A DNA stretch of 64,000 bases from an uncultured cyanobacterium. GTDB lineage: Bacteria; Cyanobacteriota; Cyanobacteriia; Cyanobacteriales; Nostocaceae. Positions 20,393 through 29,164 of the stretch are shown here, piece after piece. Where the stretch lies: positions 640,001 to 704,000 of the forward strand of contig CAVUDP010000001.1 of the NCBI GenBank assembly GCA_963740315.1, given 5' to 3'. How positions within the stretch are numbered: the stretch's first letter is position 1; every line of letters starts with the position of its first letter. The notes under the pieces are model-generated. The model saw nothing but the letters and a program-made list of their open reading frames with translations. It was not told the DNA's origin and ran no database searches. The position numbers and the translations under genes were made by a program.

Positions 20393-22294
20393 CTAGTTTT
20401 CCTCTAAAGTTTTTTCATCAGCAGCGATTTGAGCATCTAATTCGTTTCGATAGGTAGCCATATCTTCTACAAACTCATCAAACAAAGGATCATCTTTAAA
20501 CATACCAGCGAATTTTACCCAGGGATCTGATTGTTCCACCTTTTGTTGATGTTCTAAAATTGGTAAACAACACAATCGTAGTGTCAGCCACCACAAGTAC
20601 GACATCAGAGGACTAAAAAAACCATTGTCATTTATTAAACCATGAGCCATACGATGTCTAAGATTACTACCGGAATTTTCAATCAGTAAACCCTTTAAAT
20701 CAAATAGCGTGTCTTCATCGAAAATAGACTTTATCTCCTGATGGTAAAGGGTTGTACTTAACTGATGTTCTGTTTGAATTCCGTTATTACTGATTCCAGA
20801 AGTAAGCGCATCCCTTTGGGAAAGTAGATAACGAAGGGAATTCTCAATTTGAGGAATAAGAATATGAGTAGAGGTGATGAAATCTCCGGTTAGTCCAGCG
20901 TAAAGTCCTTTTGCAAACAAATATTCTCGATTTGGTGGTACAAAGGGGCTATAGGAAATTAAAGAAATAAAATCGTTAATCCGTACATTATGTTCTAGGT
21001 TTATCTGATATCTCGCTGACTCAATGTATGCTTGAGCATGAAGTCTTTGATAAAATATTGCACTCCGATACATTTCAAAGCGAATTGCATCTTCAGCTTG
21101 ATCGAAATGGCTTGGTTGATGCGCTGTAACCTTACCAACTTCATTTACTATTACTGCTGGGAAGAAAGAAGATAATCCTCGGGTTTCTTGTACCTGTTGT
21201 CGAAGATATGACAATTTAGGCGAAGCACCTAATAAAGTCAAAGCAAAAATAGCATCGTTAAATTCTTTTCCTCTGACATACGCTTTAGCTTGTTCTACTT
21301 CATTACTAATATTAATTTCCTGAGAAAAAGACATGAATTCTTCTGTAGATTCCTCTTGATACTCAAGAAGGATTTTATGTATTTCTTCTGCTCTTGCTTT
21401 CGCTGCAATTTTAATTTTATCTTCCTTTTTAGCTGGAATCCTTTTAAAAGCTTCGTAAGCTTTCTGCATAAAATGCGATGCAGCAAAGTACCTTGGAGGT
21501 GTCTCTTTGAGAGCATCTTCAGCTTCCTTAACATAAGTTTCAGCAGCTAACATCAAAGCAGTAAGCTGTTGTTGATCATTTTTTTCGATAGAATGCCATT
21601 GTGCCTTAATTTCCCAATAATTTTTCGCTCTACGCCAATCATTTTCGGATTCGGCTAATTTTGCAGCTTTTTCAGCTAACGCAGCATATTTAGTTGGTTT
21701 TCCAAACTTATATTCAAGCAAAAGCTCCATCAGTTTTGCTGAAAACCACAATGGATCTTCCCCTTTGTAAAAATCAAGAACTTTCTCGATATGAGCAAAA
21801 ACTGTATCAGTTTGATATTGAATTCTGCGTGATAATCGAAGCGCTCTTTCAATCCTTTCATAAGCACGATTCCACTTTTGTGGATCTTCTAATTCTGTCG
21901 CAGACTGTAAATAAGCATTAACTGCTAACTTAGCCATCTCGCGATCGCGCTTTCTTACCCATAAAATATCTGCTACTCGTGCTTGTAATTCTGGATCTGA
22001 TATTTCAGAAGCAATTTCAGCAAGAAAATTTAGATGCTCATCTGTAAGGTTTTGGAAAACTTGAGCAAAAAATTCCTCATTTGATTCTGGCTTAATTGCA
22101 GCAGCAGTTACTGCCGCGAGTATCTCAAAAATAGCCTTTTCATTAAAATTACCAGCTACATTTGCTTCCTGGGCTTTTTCCCAGAAAGCCATATTATAAG
22201 CAAGACATTCTTTCCTCTCGCTGTTATTAACTATCTCTTCCCAGCCAGAATTAATGAAATCATCTTTGGTAAGAGTGAGATTAAGTGGTGACAT
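20393..22294 (-). CDS. DUF4209-like helical protein with HEPN-type RxxxxH motif and C-terminal antitoxin-like tail
   Basis: Long alpha-helical repeat-like body; HILIPQIENSLR and NLRHRMAHG; final ~45 aa DPWVKFAGMFKDDPLFDEFVEDMATYRNELDA. Confidence 0.7.
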   Translation of the reverse strand: MSPLNLTLTKDDFINSGWEEIVNNSERKECLAYNMAFWEKAQEANVAGNFNEKAIFEILAAVTAAAIKPESNEEFFAQVFQNLTDEHLNFLAEIASEISDPELQARVADILWVRKRDREMAKLAVNAYLQSATELEDPQKWNRAYERIERALRLSRRIQYQTDTVFAHIEKVLDFYKGEDPLWFSAKLMELLLEYKFGKPTKYAALAEKAAKLAESENDWRRAKNYWEIKAQWHSIEKNDQQQLTALMLAAETYVKEAEDALKETPPRYFAASHFMQKAYEAFKRIPAKKEDKIKIAAKARAEEIHKILLEYQEESTEEFMSFSQEINISNEVEQAKAYVRGKEFNDAIFALTLLGASPKLSYLRQQVQETRGLSSFFPAVIVNEVGKVTAHQPSHFDQAEDAIRFEMYRSAIFYQRLHAQAYIESARYQINLEHNVRINDFISLISYSPFVPPNREYLFAKGLYAGLTGDFITSTHILIPQIENSLRYLLSQRDALTSGISNNGIQTEHQLSTTLYHQEIKSIFDEDTLFDLKGLLIENSGSNLRHRMAHGLINDNGFFSPLMSYLWWLTLRLCCLPILEHQQKVEQSDPWVKFAGMFKDDPLFDEFVEDMATYRNELDAQIAADEKTLEEN

Positions 22295-22371
22295 AATTTA
22301 AAGCAACTAACCTATATTTTTATCATGACAAGAAGACAGCAAATCATTATCAAAATTCTAATACTTCTAAC

Positions 22372-22608
22372 CTAACTTACACTTTCTCCACGCTTCAAAC
22401 TCTCCAATTTCAACTGTCGCAATTCTTCCTCTGTACGCTCAAGCTTATCTATCATTTCCTGAAACGCACTTGCATCTTGAACCACAACTTCCGCTCTACC
22501 ATTCACAGTCAGCACTAAAGGTGATTTAGTAGCTTTAATCCGCTCTAGGAATTGCTTAACATTACGTTTAAAGTCCGTCAGCGAGTGAATATTATCTAAA
22601 TTAATCAT
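22372..22608 (-). CDS. Phd/YefM family antitoxin, no cognate toxin adjacent
   Basis: IHSLTDFKRN...PLVLTVNGRAEVVVQDA motif. Confidence 0.85.
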   Translation of the reverse strand: MINLDNIHSLTDFKRNVKQFLERIKATKSPLVLTVNGRAEVVVQDASAFQEMIDKLERTEEELRQLKLESLKRGESVS

Positions 22609-22843
22609 AATCAACCTAATTAACTATTCAATTCAATATCTAATAAAGTCCCTATTAAATCATACAACATTACCATCTCTAAAAACCTCTTACCTCCGCG
22701 CTCTCAGCGTCTCTGCGGTTTTATAATTCTTACTTCCTTTTCTAAGATTACCTATAAAAACTCTCCCCCCTCCCACCTCAACAAAACTACCCAAACTACC
22801 GTAAAATAAACCTTCATACAGCATCTACCTAACAGTGTTCCCC

Positions 22844-24355
22844 ATGCTCTGCGACTACCTCGTACAAATTCTGACCGCTCGCGTATACGATGTTGCTCAA
22901 GAATCACCTTTAGAAATCGCTCCATTACTCTCAAAACGCCTAAACAACAACCTTTTGCTCAAACGCGAAGATATGCAATCGGTGTTCTCTTTTAAACTGC
23001 GCGGTGCTTACAACAAAATGGCAAGCCTGACACCGGAAATGCTGCAACAAGGTGTAATTGCGGCTTCTGCGGGAAACCACGCTCAAGGTGTGGCTTTAGC
23101 TGCTTCAAAGTTGGGTACTCGCGCAATTATTGTGATGCCGAAAACAACTCCTCAAGTGAAGATTGATGCTGTGAAAGCGCGGGGTGGTGAGGTGGTTTTA
23201 CATGGCGATACTTATGACGATGCTTGTGGATATGCTCGTGAATTAGGAACCCAAAAGAACTTAACATTTATTCATCCCTTTGATGACCCTCATGTGATAG
23301 CGGGACAAGGTACGATTGGTATGGAAATTTTACGGCAATATCAAAAACCCATCCATGCAATCTTTGTAGCAATTGGTGGTGGTGGTTTGATTTCGGGAAT
23401 TGCGGCTTATGTCAAGCGGTTGCGTCCGGAAATCAAGATTATTGGGGTTGAGCCAATTGATGCCGATGCTATGTATCAATCTTTGCAGGCTGGACATCGG
23501 GTGCGGTTGTCTCAGGTAGGTTTGTTTGCCGATGGTGTAGCGGTGCGAGAGGTTGGAGAGGAAACCTTTAAGCTTTGCCAGCAGTACGTTGATGATATTA
23601 TTCGGGTAACTACCGACGATACCTGTGCGGCGATTAAAGATGTGTTTCAAGATACGCGCTCTATAGTTGAACCTGCGGGGGGATTAGCGATCGCTGGTGC
23701 TAAAGCCTATGTGGAAAGAGAAGGAATTGAAGGAGAAACTTTAGTCGCGATCGCCTGCGGTGCTAACATGAATTTTGATCGTTTGCGGTTTGTTGCCGAG
23801 CGTGCGGAATTTGGGGAACGTCGGGAAGCTATTTTTGCGGTGACAATTCCAGAAAAACCGGGAAGTCTGCACAAGTTTTGTGAATGCATCGGCAAGCGCA
23901 ATTTGACCGAATTTAATTATCGCATTGCTTCAGAAAAGGAAGCCCAAATTTTTGTCGGGGTACAAATTCAAAACCGTGCTGATGGAATAAAGATAGCTGA
24001 AACTATAACTAATTGCGGTTTTCCCATCATCGACTTAACCGACGACGAATTAACGAAAATGCATTTGCGTCACATGGTAGGAGGGCGATCGCCATTAGCT
24101 CACAATGAGTTATTATATCGTTTTGAATTTCCCGAACGTCCGGGTGCATTAATGCAGTTTGTAGGTTCGATGAGTCCTAATTGGAATATTAGTTTATTTC
24201 ACTACCGAAACAATGGCTCGGATTACGGCAGAATAGTTGTAGGAATGCAGGTTCCGCCAGAAGAAATGCAAGAATGGCAGGCATTTTTAGACACTTTAGG
24301 TTATCAGTATTGGGATGAAAATAAAAATCCAGCTTATAAATTGTTTTTAAGTTGA
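22844..24355 (+). CDS. ilvA: Threonine ammonia-lyase, biosynthetic
   Basis: KREDMQSVFSFKLRGAYN PLP lysine, ASAGNHAQG, two C-terminal ACT-like domains. Confidence 0.97.
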   Translation: MLCDYLVQILTARVYDVAQESPLEIAPLLSKRLNNNLLLKREDMQSVFSFKLRGAYNKMASLTPEMLQQGVIAASAGNHAQGVALAASKLGTRAIIVMPKTTPQVKIDAVKARGGEVVLHGDTYDDACGYARELGTQKNLTFIHPFDDPHVIAGQGTIGMEILRQYQKPIHAIFVAIGGGGLISGIAAYVKRLRPEIKIIGVEPIDADAMYQSLQAGHRVRLSQVGLFADGVAVREVGEETFKLCQQYVDDIIRVTTDDTCAAIKDVFQDTRSIVEPAGGLAIAGAKAYVEREGIEGETLVAIACGANMNFDRLRFVAERAEFGERREAIFAVTIPEKPGSLHKFCECIGKRNLTEFNYRIASEKEAQIFVGVQIQNRADGIKIAETITNCGFPIIDLTDDELTKMHLRHMVGGRSPLAHNELLYRFEFPERPGALMQFVGSMSPNWNISLFHYRNNGSDYGRIVVGMQVPPEEMQEWQAFLDTLGYQYWDENKNPAYKLFLS

Positions 24356-24362
24356 TATTAAT

Positions 24363-24387
24363 GTAGAGACGTAGCAGTGCTACGTCT
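24363..24387. repeat. GTAG-type REP hairpin GTAGAGACGTAGCA-TGCTACGTCT (copies near 41987 and, inverted, 45502-45528)
   Basis: Palindromic and recurrent within the window. Confidence 0.8.
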
Positions 24388-24545
24388 TATCCAGCATTTG
24401 TGGTACATAACAAGCAAATTCTATATATCAAACCAACAACACCAATAATTTTTAACTTTAAAATATAAGAAAAAAGTAGTTTAATCATTAATTGTATTTA
24501 CCTGACTTTACCTATTAAATGAAACCCCACAGGAAGAACTAAAAA

Positions 24546-25379
24546 ATGAAAAAAATACATCTACCATCAGGAAGAGAAATCCCCATTTTAGGACAGGGAA
24601 CTTGGCGAATGGGTGAAGACATCAGTCAAAAAGATGCTGAAATTGCGGCATTGCGTCTGGGTTTAGATATGGGAATGACGCTCATCGACACCGCCGAAAT
24701 GTACGGTGAAGGTGGTGCCGAAGAAGTTGTTGGTGAAGCGATCGCCAATCGTCGCGAAGAAGTTTATCTGGTAAGTAAGGTATATCCACACAATGCCAGT
24801 CGGAAAGGAGCAGTTGAAGCTTGCGATCGCAGTTTAAAACGACTCAAAACCGATTGCATTGATTTATATTTACTACATTGGCGAAGTTCGACACCGCTTT
24901 CTGAAACGTTGGAAGCCTTTGAATCGCTCAAGCAAGCCGGGAAAATTCGGGATTACGGTGTAAGTAATTTCGATGCAGATGACATGAAAAAGGCAATTAA
25001 TTTACCAAATGGTAAGCAAATTGCCACAAATCAAGTTTTATATAATTTGGCGCGTCGCGGTATTGAATGGGATTTGCTTCCTTGGTGTCGCCAAAATAAT
25101 ATACCGATTATGGCGTATTCACCAATCGAGCAAAAGGCTATCTTAAATAATTCACAGTTAAAATCAGTTGCTTCGCGACACAATGCGACTCCCGCACAAA
25201 TTGCTTTAGCTTGGCTGCTTCAACAACAAGGAATAATCGCAATTCCCAAAGCCAGCAATCCAACGCACGTTAAAGAGAATAGTGCAGCTTTAGATATTCA
25301 ACTTACCCAAGAAGATTTAACCGAACTCGATAAAGCCTTTCCGCCGCCAAATCGTAAAATGTCGTTGGCGATAAGGTAA
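24546..25379 (+). CDS. Aldo/keto reductase
   Basis: LGQGTW, IDTAEMYG, SKV.P, DLYLLHW, GVSNF and IPKAS motifs. Confidence 0.95.
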   Translation: MKKIHLPSGREIPILGQGTWRMGEDISQKDAEIAALRLGLDMGMTLIDTAEMYGEGGAEEVVGEAIANRREEVYLVSKVYPHNASRKGAVEACDRSLKRLKTDCIDLYLLHWRSSTPLSETLEAFESLKQAGKIRDYGVSNFDADDMKKAINLPNGKQIATNQVLYNLARRGIEWDLLPWCRQNNIPIMAYSPIEQKAILNNSQLKSVASRHNATPAQIALAWLLQQQGIIAIPKASNPTHVKENSAALDIQLTQEDLTELDKAFPPPNRKMSLAIR

Positions 25380-25486
25380 GAATAATATTTAGAAGAGGGG
25401 GAAGAGGGGGAAGATATAAAAATGTTGTAGTACGAATATTTGTGCCAATCAAACACACTTCAATAAAATTCAACTTACTTCAAGTA

Positions 25487-25515
25487 ACCCGGTTTTTCAA
25501 TAAGCCGGGTTTTTG
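25487..25515 (+). terminator. Intrinsic terminator downstream of the aldo/keto reductase
   Basis: AACCCGG...CCGGGTT hairpin followed by TTTT. Confidence 0.55.
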
Positions 25516-25623
25516 ATTGTATTTAGAACAATTTTGAAACAAATTTTCATAAGCTATAACCCTTACTATACAACTATTTATGGTTCTATTTGCCAAAACT
25601 TTCGCAGCCCATCTCAAAAAAAA

Positions 25624-25666
25624 ATGTAGTACCCCCTTGACACATTCGTAATACGCAATGTAGTAT
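25624..25666 (+). promoter_or_regulatory. Sigma70-type promoter of the tRNA array with overlapping imperfect direct repeats (candidate repressor sites)
   Basis: TTGACA 25637-25642, 18-nt spacer, TAGTAT 25661-25666; repeats ATGTAGTAC (25624), TCGTAATAC (25646), ATGTAGTAT (25658). Confidence 0.7.
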
Positions 25667-25745
25667 TAGGTTACAAGGGTAATACAGCAACTACAAACCG
25701 CTGACATTAACCCATCCGAACCATGAAAATTGAATTGCCATGTAT

Positions 25746-25819
25746 GGGGTTGAGCTTCAGTTGTAAGAAGCGCCTGTCTGTCGAACAGGAAGTCGCGGGT
25801 TTGAATCCCGTCATCCCCG
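25746..25819 (+). tRNA. trnD: tRNA-Asp(GTC), slightly degenerate T-loop
   Basis: Anticodon arm CCTGT-CTGTCGA-ACAGG; acceptor GGGGTTG/CATCCCC. Confidence 0.8.
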
Positions 25820-25822
25820 TGT

Positions 25823-25878
25823 AGCCTTGTCTCTGATTTTTAGTTAGAGAGCGATCGGGTGTAATTTCTGTCAAGGCT
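25823..25878 (+). pseudogene. Probable tRNA remnant
   Basis: Acceptor-like AGCCTTG/CAAGGCT pairing in array position; no intact anticodon arm. Confidence 0.4.
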
Positions 25879-25886
25879 TCAATTAT

Positions 25887-25962
25887 GTCTGGGTAGCCAA
25901 GTGTTTAAGGCATCGGTCTGCAACACCGACAATCGTGGGTTAAAATCCCACCCCGGACTCCA
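25887..25962 (+). tRNA. trnC: tRNA-Cys(GCA) with encoded CCA
   Basis: TCGGT-CTGCAAC-ACCGA; acceptor GTCTGGG/CCCGGAC. Confidence 0.85.
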
Positions 25963-25967
25963 AATGT

Positions 25968-26067
25968 TGCAGTGTAGCTTAATGGTAAAGCCCCAAGCTC
26001 ATAACTTGGTGGATGTGGGTATGTCCTTGCGGACACGCTCCGCTAACAATTCCCATCACTGCTACCA
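25968..26067 (+). tRNA. tRNA with CAT anticodon (Met or Ile2) interrupted by a 26-nt element in the T-loop
   Basis: CCAAG-CTCATAA-CTTGG; T-stem GTGGG/CCCAT encloses a 32-nt loop; CCA encoded. Confidence 0.75.
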
Positions 26068-26070
26068 AAT

Positions 26071-26142
26071 GCAGAGATAGTGTAATTGGCAACACCACAG
26101 TCTCCAAAACTGTTGTTCTAGGTACAAGCCCTAGTCTCTGCG
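26071..26142 (+). tRNA. trnW: tRNA-Trp(CCA)
   Basis: ACAGT-CTCCAAA-ACTGT; acceptor GCAGAGA/TCTCTGC. Confidence 0.85.
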
Positions 26143-26170
26143 TTTGCGGTGTCGTCGGCACTGTAAAAAT

Positions 26171-26255
26171 GGGTTGGTATCCAAGTCAGGTCGAAGGAAA
26201 CCGTCTGTAAAACGGATGCCTCTGTGCCACGTAGGTTCAAATCCTACCCAGCCCA
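26171..26255 (+). tRNA. trnY: tRNA-Tyr(GTA)
   Basis: CCGT-CTGTAAA-ACGG; long variable arm; GTAGGTTCAAATCCTAC T arm. Confidence 0.85.
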
Positions 26256-26259
26256 TTAC

Positions 26260-26342
26260 GGAGAGGTCGCTATTGGTAAGGTAAGCTGTTTGCTAAACAG
26301 TCATGGTTAAATCCATTACAGGTTCAAATCCTGTCCTCTCCG
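26260..26342 (+). tRNA. trnS: tRNA-Ser(GCT)
   Basis: GCTGT-TTGCTAA-ACAGT; long variable arm; acceptor GGAGAGG/CCTCTCC. Confidence 0.8.
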
Positions 26343-26345
26343 CCT

Positions 26346-26419
26346 GAGAACGTGGTGTAACTGGATAACACGTCAGTCTACGAAACTGAAGATTGTAGGT
26401 TCAAGTCCTACCGTTCTCG
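26346..26419 (+). tRNA. trnR: tRNA-Arg(ACG)
   Basis: TCAGT-CTACGAA-ACTGA; acceptor GAGAACG/CGTTCTC. Confidence 0.9.
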
Positions 26420-26426
26420 TTACATG

Positions 26427-26491
26427 GGAAAGATGTTGAAATGTCTGGCTTGAGATGCTGAACCAGTTCATTTGGTAATATCCATCTTTCC
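26427..26491 (+). pseudogene. Probable tRNA remnant (Ser-like acceptor)
   Basis: GGAAAGA/TCTTTCC acceptor pairing with a scrambled interior. Confidence 0.45.
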
Positions 26492-26499
26492 TTCTTTAT

Positions 26500-26573
26500 C
26501 CCCTGGTAGCTCAGTTGGTAGTAGCGCCTGTTTGAAGAACAGGAGGTCGTCAGTTCAATTCTGACCTGGGGGA
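26500..26573 (+). tRNA. trnF: tRNA-Phe(GAA)
   Basis: CCTGT-TTGAAGA-ACAGG; D arm GCTCAGTTGGTAGTAGC; T arm GTCAGTTCAATTCTGAC. Confidence 0.8.
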
Positions 26574-26578
26574 CTCAT

Positions 26579-26651
<73 letters not shown>

Positions 26652-26655
26652 TTAT

Positions 26656-26729
26656 TGGGAAGTAGGCAAATAGGTAAAGCCGTCGCACTTTGAATGCGAA
26701 ATTTGAAGGTTCGATCCCTTCCTTCCCAG
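26656..26729 (+). tRNA. trnQ: tRNA-Gln(TTG)
   Basis: TCGCA-CTTTGAA-TGCGA; acceptor TGGGAAG/CTTCCCA. Confidence 0.9.
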
Positions 26730-26734
26730 CTTAT

Positions 26735-26808
26735 GCTGCTGTAGCCCAATTGGAAGAGGCGCTGGTCTTAGGAACCAGGCGTTGTGGGTTCAACTCCCAC
26801 CAGCAGTA
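26735..26808 (+). tRNA. trnL: tRNA-Leu(TAG), short variable region
   Basis: CTGGT-CTTAGGA-ACCAG; acceptor GCTGCTG/CAGCAGT. Confidence 0.85.
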
Positions 26809-26825
26809 TTATCCTGTAGCGCAGT

Positions 26826-26981
26826 TAAGTACTTATGCAAAATAAATTGTATATTGTCATTGCGAGTGCAGCGAAGCGAAACGAAGCAATCGCAGGCGTT
26901 TGGGATTGCTTCACTTCGTATGTCCTATCGGACACGCTGCGCTAACGCAATGACACAAATAATGAAGGCATACCCACTTAA
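26826..26981. mobile_element. Nested repeat insertion inside the tRNA array (outer TAAGT...ACTTA shell, TGTCATTGCG...GCAATGACA palindrome, 26-nt SDR-like unit)
   Basis: IR TGTCATTGC (26855) / GCAATGACA (to 26955); inner GAAGCAATC/GATTGCTTC; unit at 26920-26945. Confidence 0.7.
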
Positions 26982-27004
26982 TAAATGCTGCCACTTGGAT
27001 TTAT

Positions 27005-27078
27005 GGGTCGTTAGCTCAAGCAGGCAGAGCATCCGGCTTTTAACCGGAAAGTTCAGAGTTCGAGTCTCTGACGACCCA
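27005..27078 (+). tRNA. trnK: tRNA-Lys(TTT)
   Basis: TCCGG-CTTTTAA-CCGGA; acceptor GGGTCGT/ACGACCC. Confidence 0.9.
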
Positions 27079-27082
27079 CCTT

Positions 27083-27156
27083 GCCCCTGTAACCCAATTG
27101 GAAGAGGTGCCAAACTTAAAATTTGGAAGTTGCTGGTTCAAATCCAGTCAGGGGTA
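27083..27156 (+). tRNA. trnL: tRNA-Leu(TAA), short variable region, no group I intron
   Basis: CCAAA-CTTAAAA-TTTGG; acceptor GCCCCTG/CAGGGGT. Confidence 0.85.
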
Positions 27157-27215
27157 TTGCAGAGACATTTTGGTCTTTGTTTTTTATAGGAGTGAATCTA
27201 ACATTCCTACTTTAT

Positions 27216-27315
27216 GGGGTCATAGCTCAATTGGATAGAGCGTCCGCCTTGCACGCCTCTATGTTAGGGGTATGTCCTGGCGGACACGCTCCGCGAACAA
27301 ATCCCCTTTTCTCCA
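27216..27315 (+). pseudogene. Degenerate tRNA-Ala(TGC) with 26-nt element in the T-loop
   Basis: Intact D arm and CTTGCAC loop; 3' side of anticodon stem and acceptor stem mismatched; T-stem AGGGG/CCCCT encloses a 32-nt loop. Confidence 0.75.
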
Positions 27316-27320
27316 CTGAT

Positions 27321-27389
27321 GGTGTTTGAAGTCAAAGTGGTCGGAAGGTGGAACAAGTAATTAGCGGGTTCAAGTCCTGTCAGACACCC
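27321..27389 (+). pseudogene. Degenerate tRNA, probably His(GTG)
   Basis: 8-bp acceptor GGTGTTTG/CAGACACC (G-1 type); T arm GCGGGTTCAAGTCCTGT; anticodon arm broken around GTG. Confidence 0.55.
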
Positions 27390-27395
27390 CTTTAT

Positions 27396-27480
27396 GGAAG
27401 ATGCTGCTGAATGGACGGCAACTGCAAAAAGAAAACCAGAGTAAGGTAACAACTTAGGGGTTCGATTCCTCCATCTTCCT
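27396..27480 (+). pseudogene. Degenerate tRNA-Ser-like gene
   Basis: Acceptor GGAAGAT/ATCTTCC, long variable arm and GGTTCGATTCC T arm; anticodon arm corrupted. Confidence 0.6.
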
Positions 27481-27672
27481 TTACCAAATGTTTTCCGGAG
27501 ATGCCTATTACAGATTAGGCAAATCTTACAGGTTTCAAAATTCAATCGCAAAAAATAAATTATTTCTTACTTTAGATACTGGTAATTCGTGTCAAAGTTA
27601 GTGGATGCTATTTAAATATTGCTTTTAATCAAGTAAATTAATTTAAGTTAGATTCCTTCTTCACTTCAATTT

Positions 27673-29016
27673 ATGACAGTTCACGAAAATCGAGAAGCGT
27701 TTATTCCCTACCGTCGCAGCGATATTATCAAACTTTGTTTGGATGATGGTCAGTTAAATGCTGCTGAAACTCAAAAGTTTAAAGATTTTTGCGAAATATT
27801 ATCGTCATATTACCACTTTCGCTTTCACAAGACGCTGGAAGCTATTAAAGATAATTATGTGCCTTTTAACCCGAATGCGGATGTTGAAGCTTTAGTTCCA
27901 CCGAGTTTCGAGCAATATGACGCAATGGAATCAAGCGTAGTTGATGGATTCAATAATATTTTAGCAAGGGCAAATTATATTAAATTACCCGAATATGATG
28001 TAAAACAATCATTGGGTAAAACATCTTTGATTGATTTAAAAACTGAAGTTGACTTTGATGATTTCGATCGGTTTATCTGCTACTATCGGGGCGATTCTTA
28101 TAAAACAATTATGCAGAAAAAGTTCTTTTTTTGGAAGAAGGAAAAGAGAATTGATATTTTTGAAAGAATTGTTTTATTGATTAAATTTAAGGAAGCAGCT
28201 TATTTTCGCGGTAAAAAAGAGAAAAGAAAAGAACGTAAATTTGTTCCCGGTAAAATGTATGTTTATTTCTATAAAAATATTCCTAAACTCGATATTGACT
28301 TGCTTTTTCCTAATGTTACTACCAGCATGACTTGGAAAGACAGATTATTATTTGGAATTCCCGCGATCGGTGCTGCGATTCCTTTGATTTTAAGAGCATT
28401 ACCAAATATATTGTTACTAATTGCGGCAATTTTATTCGCATTAAATGCAGAACCTTTGATAGAAGAGTTAAAGGTTGAAGAATCTCAAGTCAGAAATGTA
28501 ATGCCTCTTTTAGTCGCTACTTTATCATTAGGAATGGCTTTGGGTGGATTCGCTTTTAAACAATATAGTAATTATAAAAGTAAGAGAATCAAGTTTCAAA
28601 ATGATGTGACAGAAACGCTTTTCTTCAAAAATTTAGGCAATAATGACAGCGTTTTTCAAACGTTTATCGATTTAGCGGAGGAAGAGGAGTGTAAAGAAAT
28701 CATTCTTGTATATTACCATCTGTTGATTAGTAAGAATTCACTCAAACCTGAAGAATTAGATGCTCGTATTGAAGCTTGGATGCAGAAAAAGCTGGGTACT
28801 GCAATCAACTTTGATATTCACGGACCTTTGGATAATTTAGCAGCGATTCGCGGTAAGGTAATTAAAAATGGTGTAGCTGAAGAGAATTTACCAGAAATTC
28901 CATTATTAAATTACGACAATGGAGGATTTTGTAACGTTCTTCCTCTTAATGATGCGAAAAAAGTTATTGATTACGTTTGGGATAATGCTTTTAATTATAA
29001 TGGGATAGTTCTGTAG
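27673..29016 (+). CDS. DUF3754/TMEM143-like membrane protein
   Basis: REAFIP, FYKNIPKLDIDLLFPN, two TM segments, D.AEEEECKEIILVYY. Confidence 0.8.
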   Translation: MTVHENREAFIPYRRSDIIKLCLDDGQLNAAETQKFKDFCEILSSYYHFRFHKTLEAIKDNYVPFNPNADVEALVPPSFEQYDAMESSVVDGFNNILARANYIKLPEYDVKQSLGKTSLIDLKTEVDFDDFDRFICYYRGDSYKTIMQKKFFFWKKEKRIDIFERIVLLIKFKEAAYFRGKKEKRKERKFVPGKMYVYFYKNIPKLDIDLLFPNVTTSMTWKDRLLFGIPAIGAAIPLILRALPNILLLIAAILFALNAEPLIEELKVEESQVRNVMPLLVATLSLGMALGGFAFKQYSNYKSKRIKFQNDVTETLFFKNLGNNDSVFQTFIDLAEEEECKEIILVYYHLLISKNSLKPEELDARIEAWMQKKLGTAINFDIHGPLDNLAAIRGKVIKNGVAEENLPEIPLLNYDNGGFCNVLPLNDAKKVIDYVWDNAFNYNGIVL

Positions 29017-29164
29017 ATATACTATCCTGCATTCTGCAAAGCAATCAAAAATTATTCTAAAATCTTTGTTATATTATTTTTATCTCATTGGTATACACGC
29101 TAAATACGATATGTTATAAAAGCTGTAATAATTAGCCTATATTCATAGCAAGCAGTTTAAAAAT

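Noticed and set aside
27083..27156. Group I intron in tRNA-Leu(UAA)
   Set aside because: The anticodon loop is contiguous; no intron sequence present
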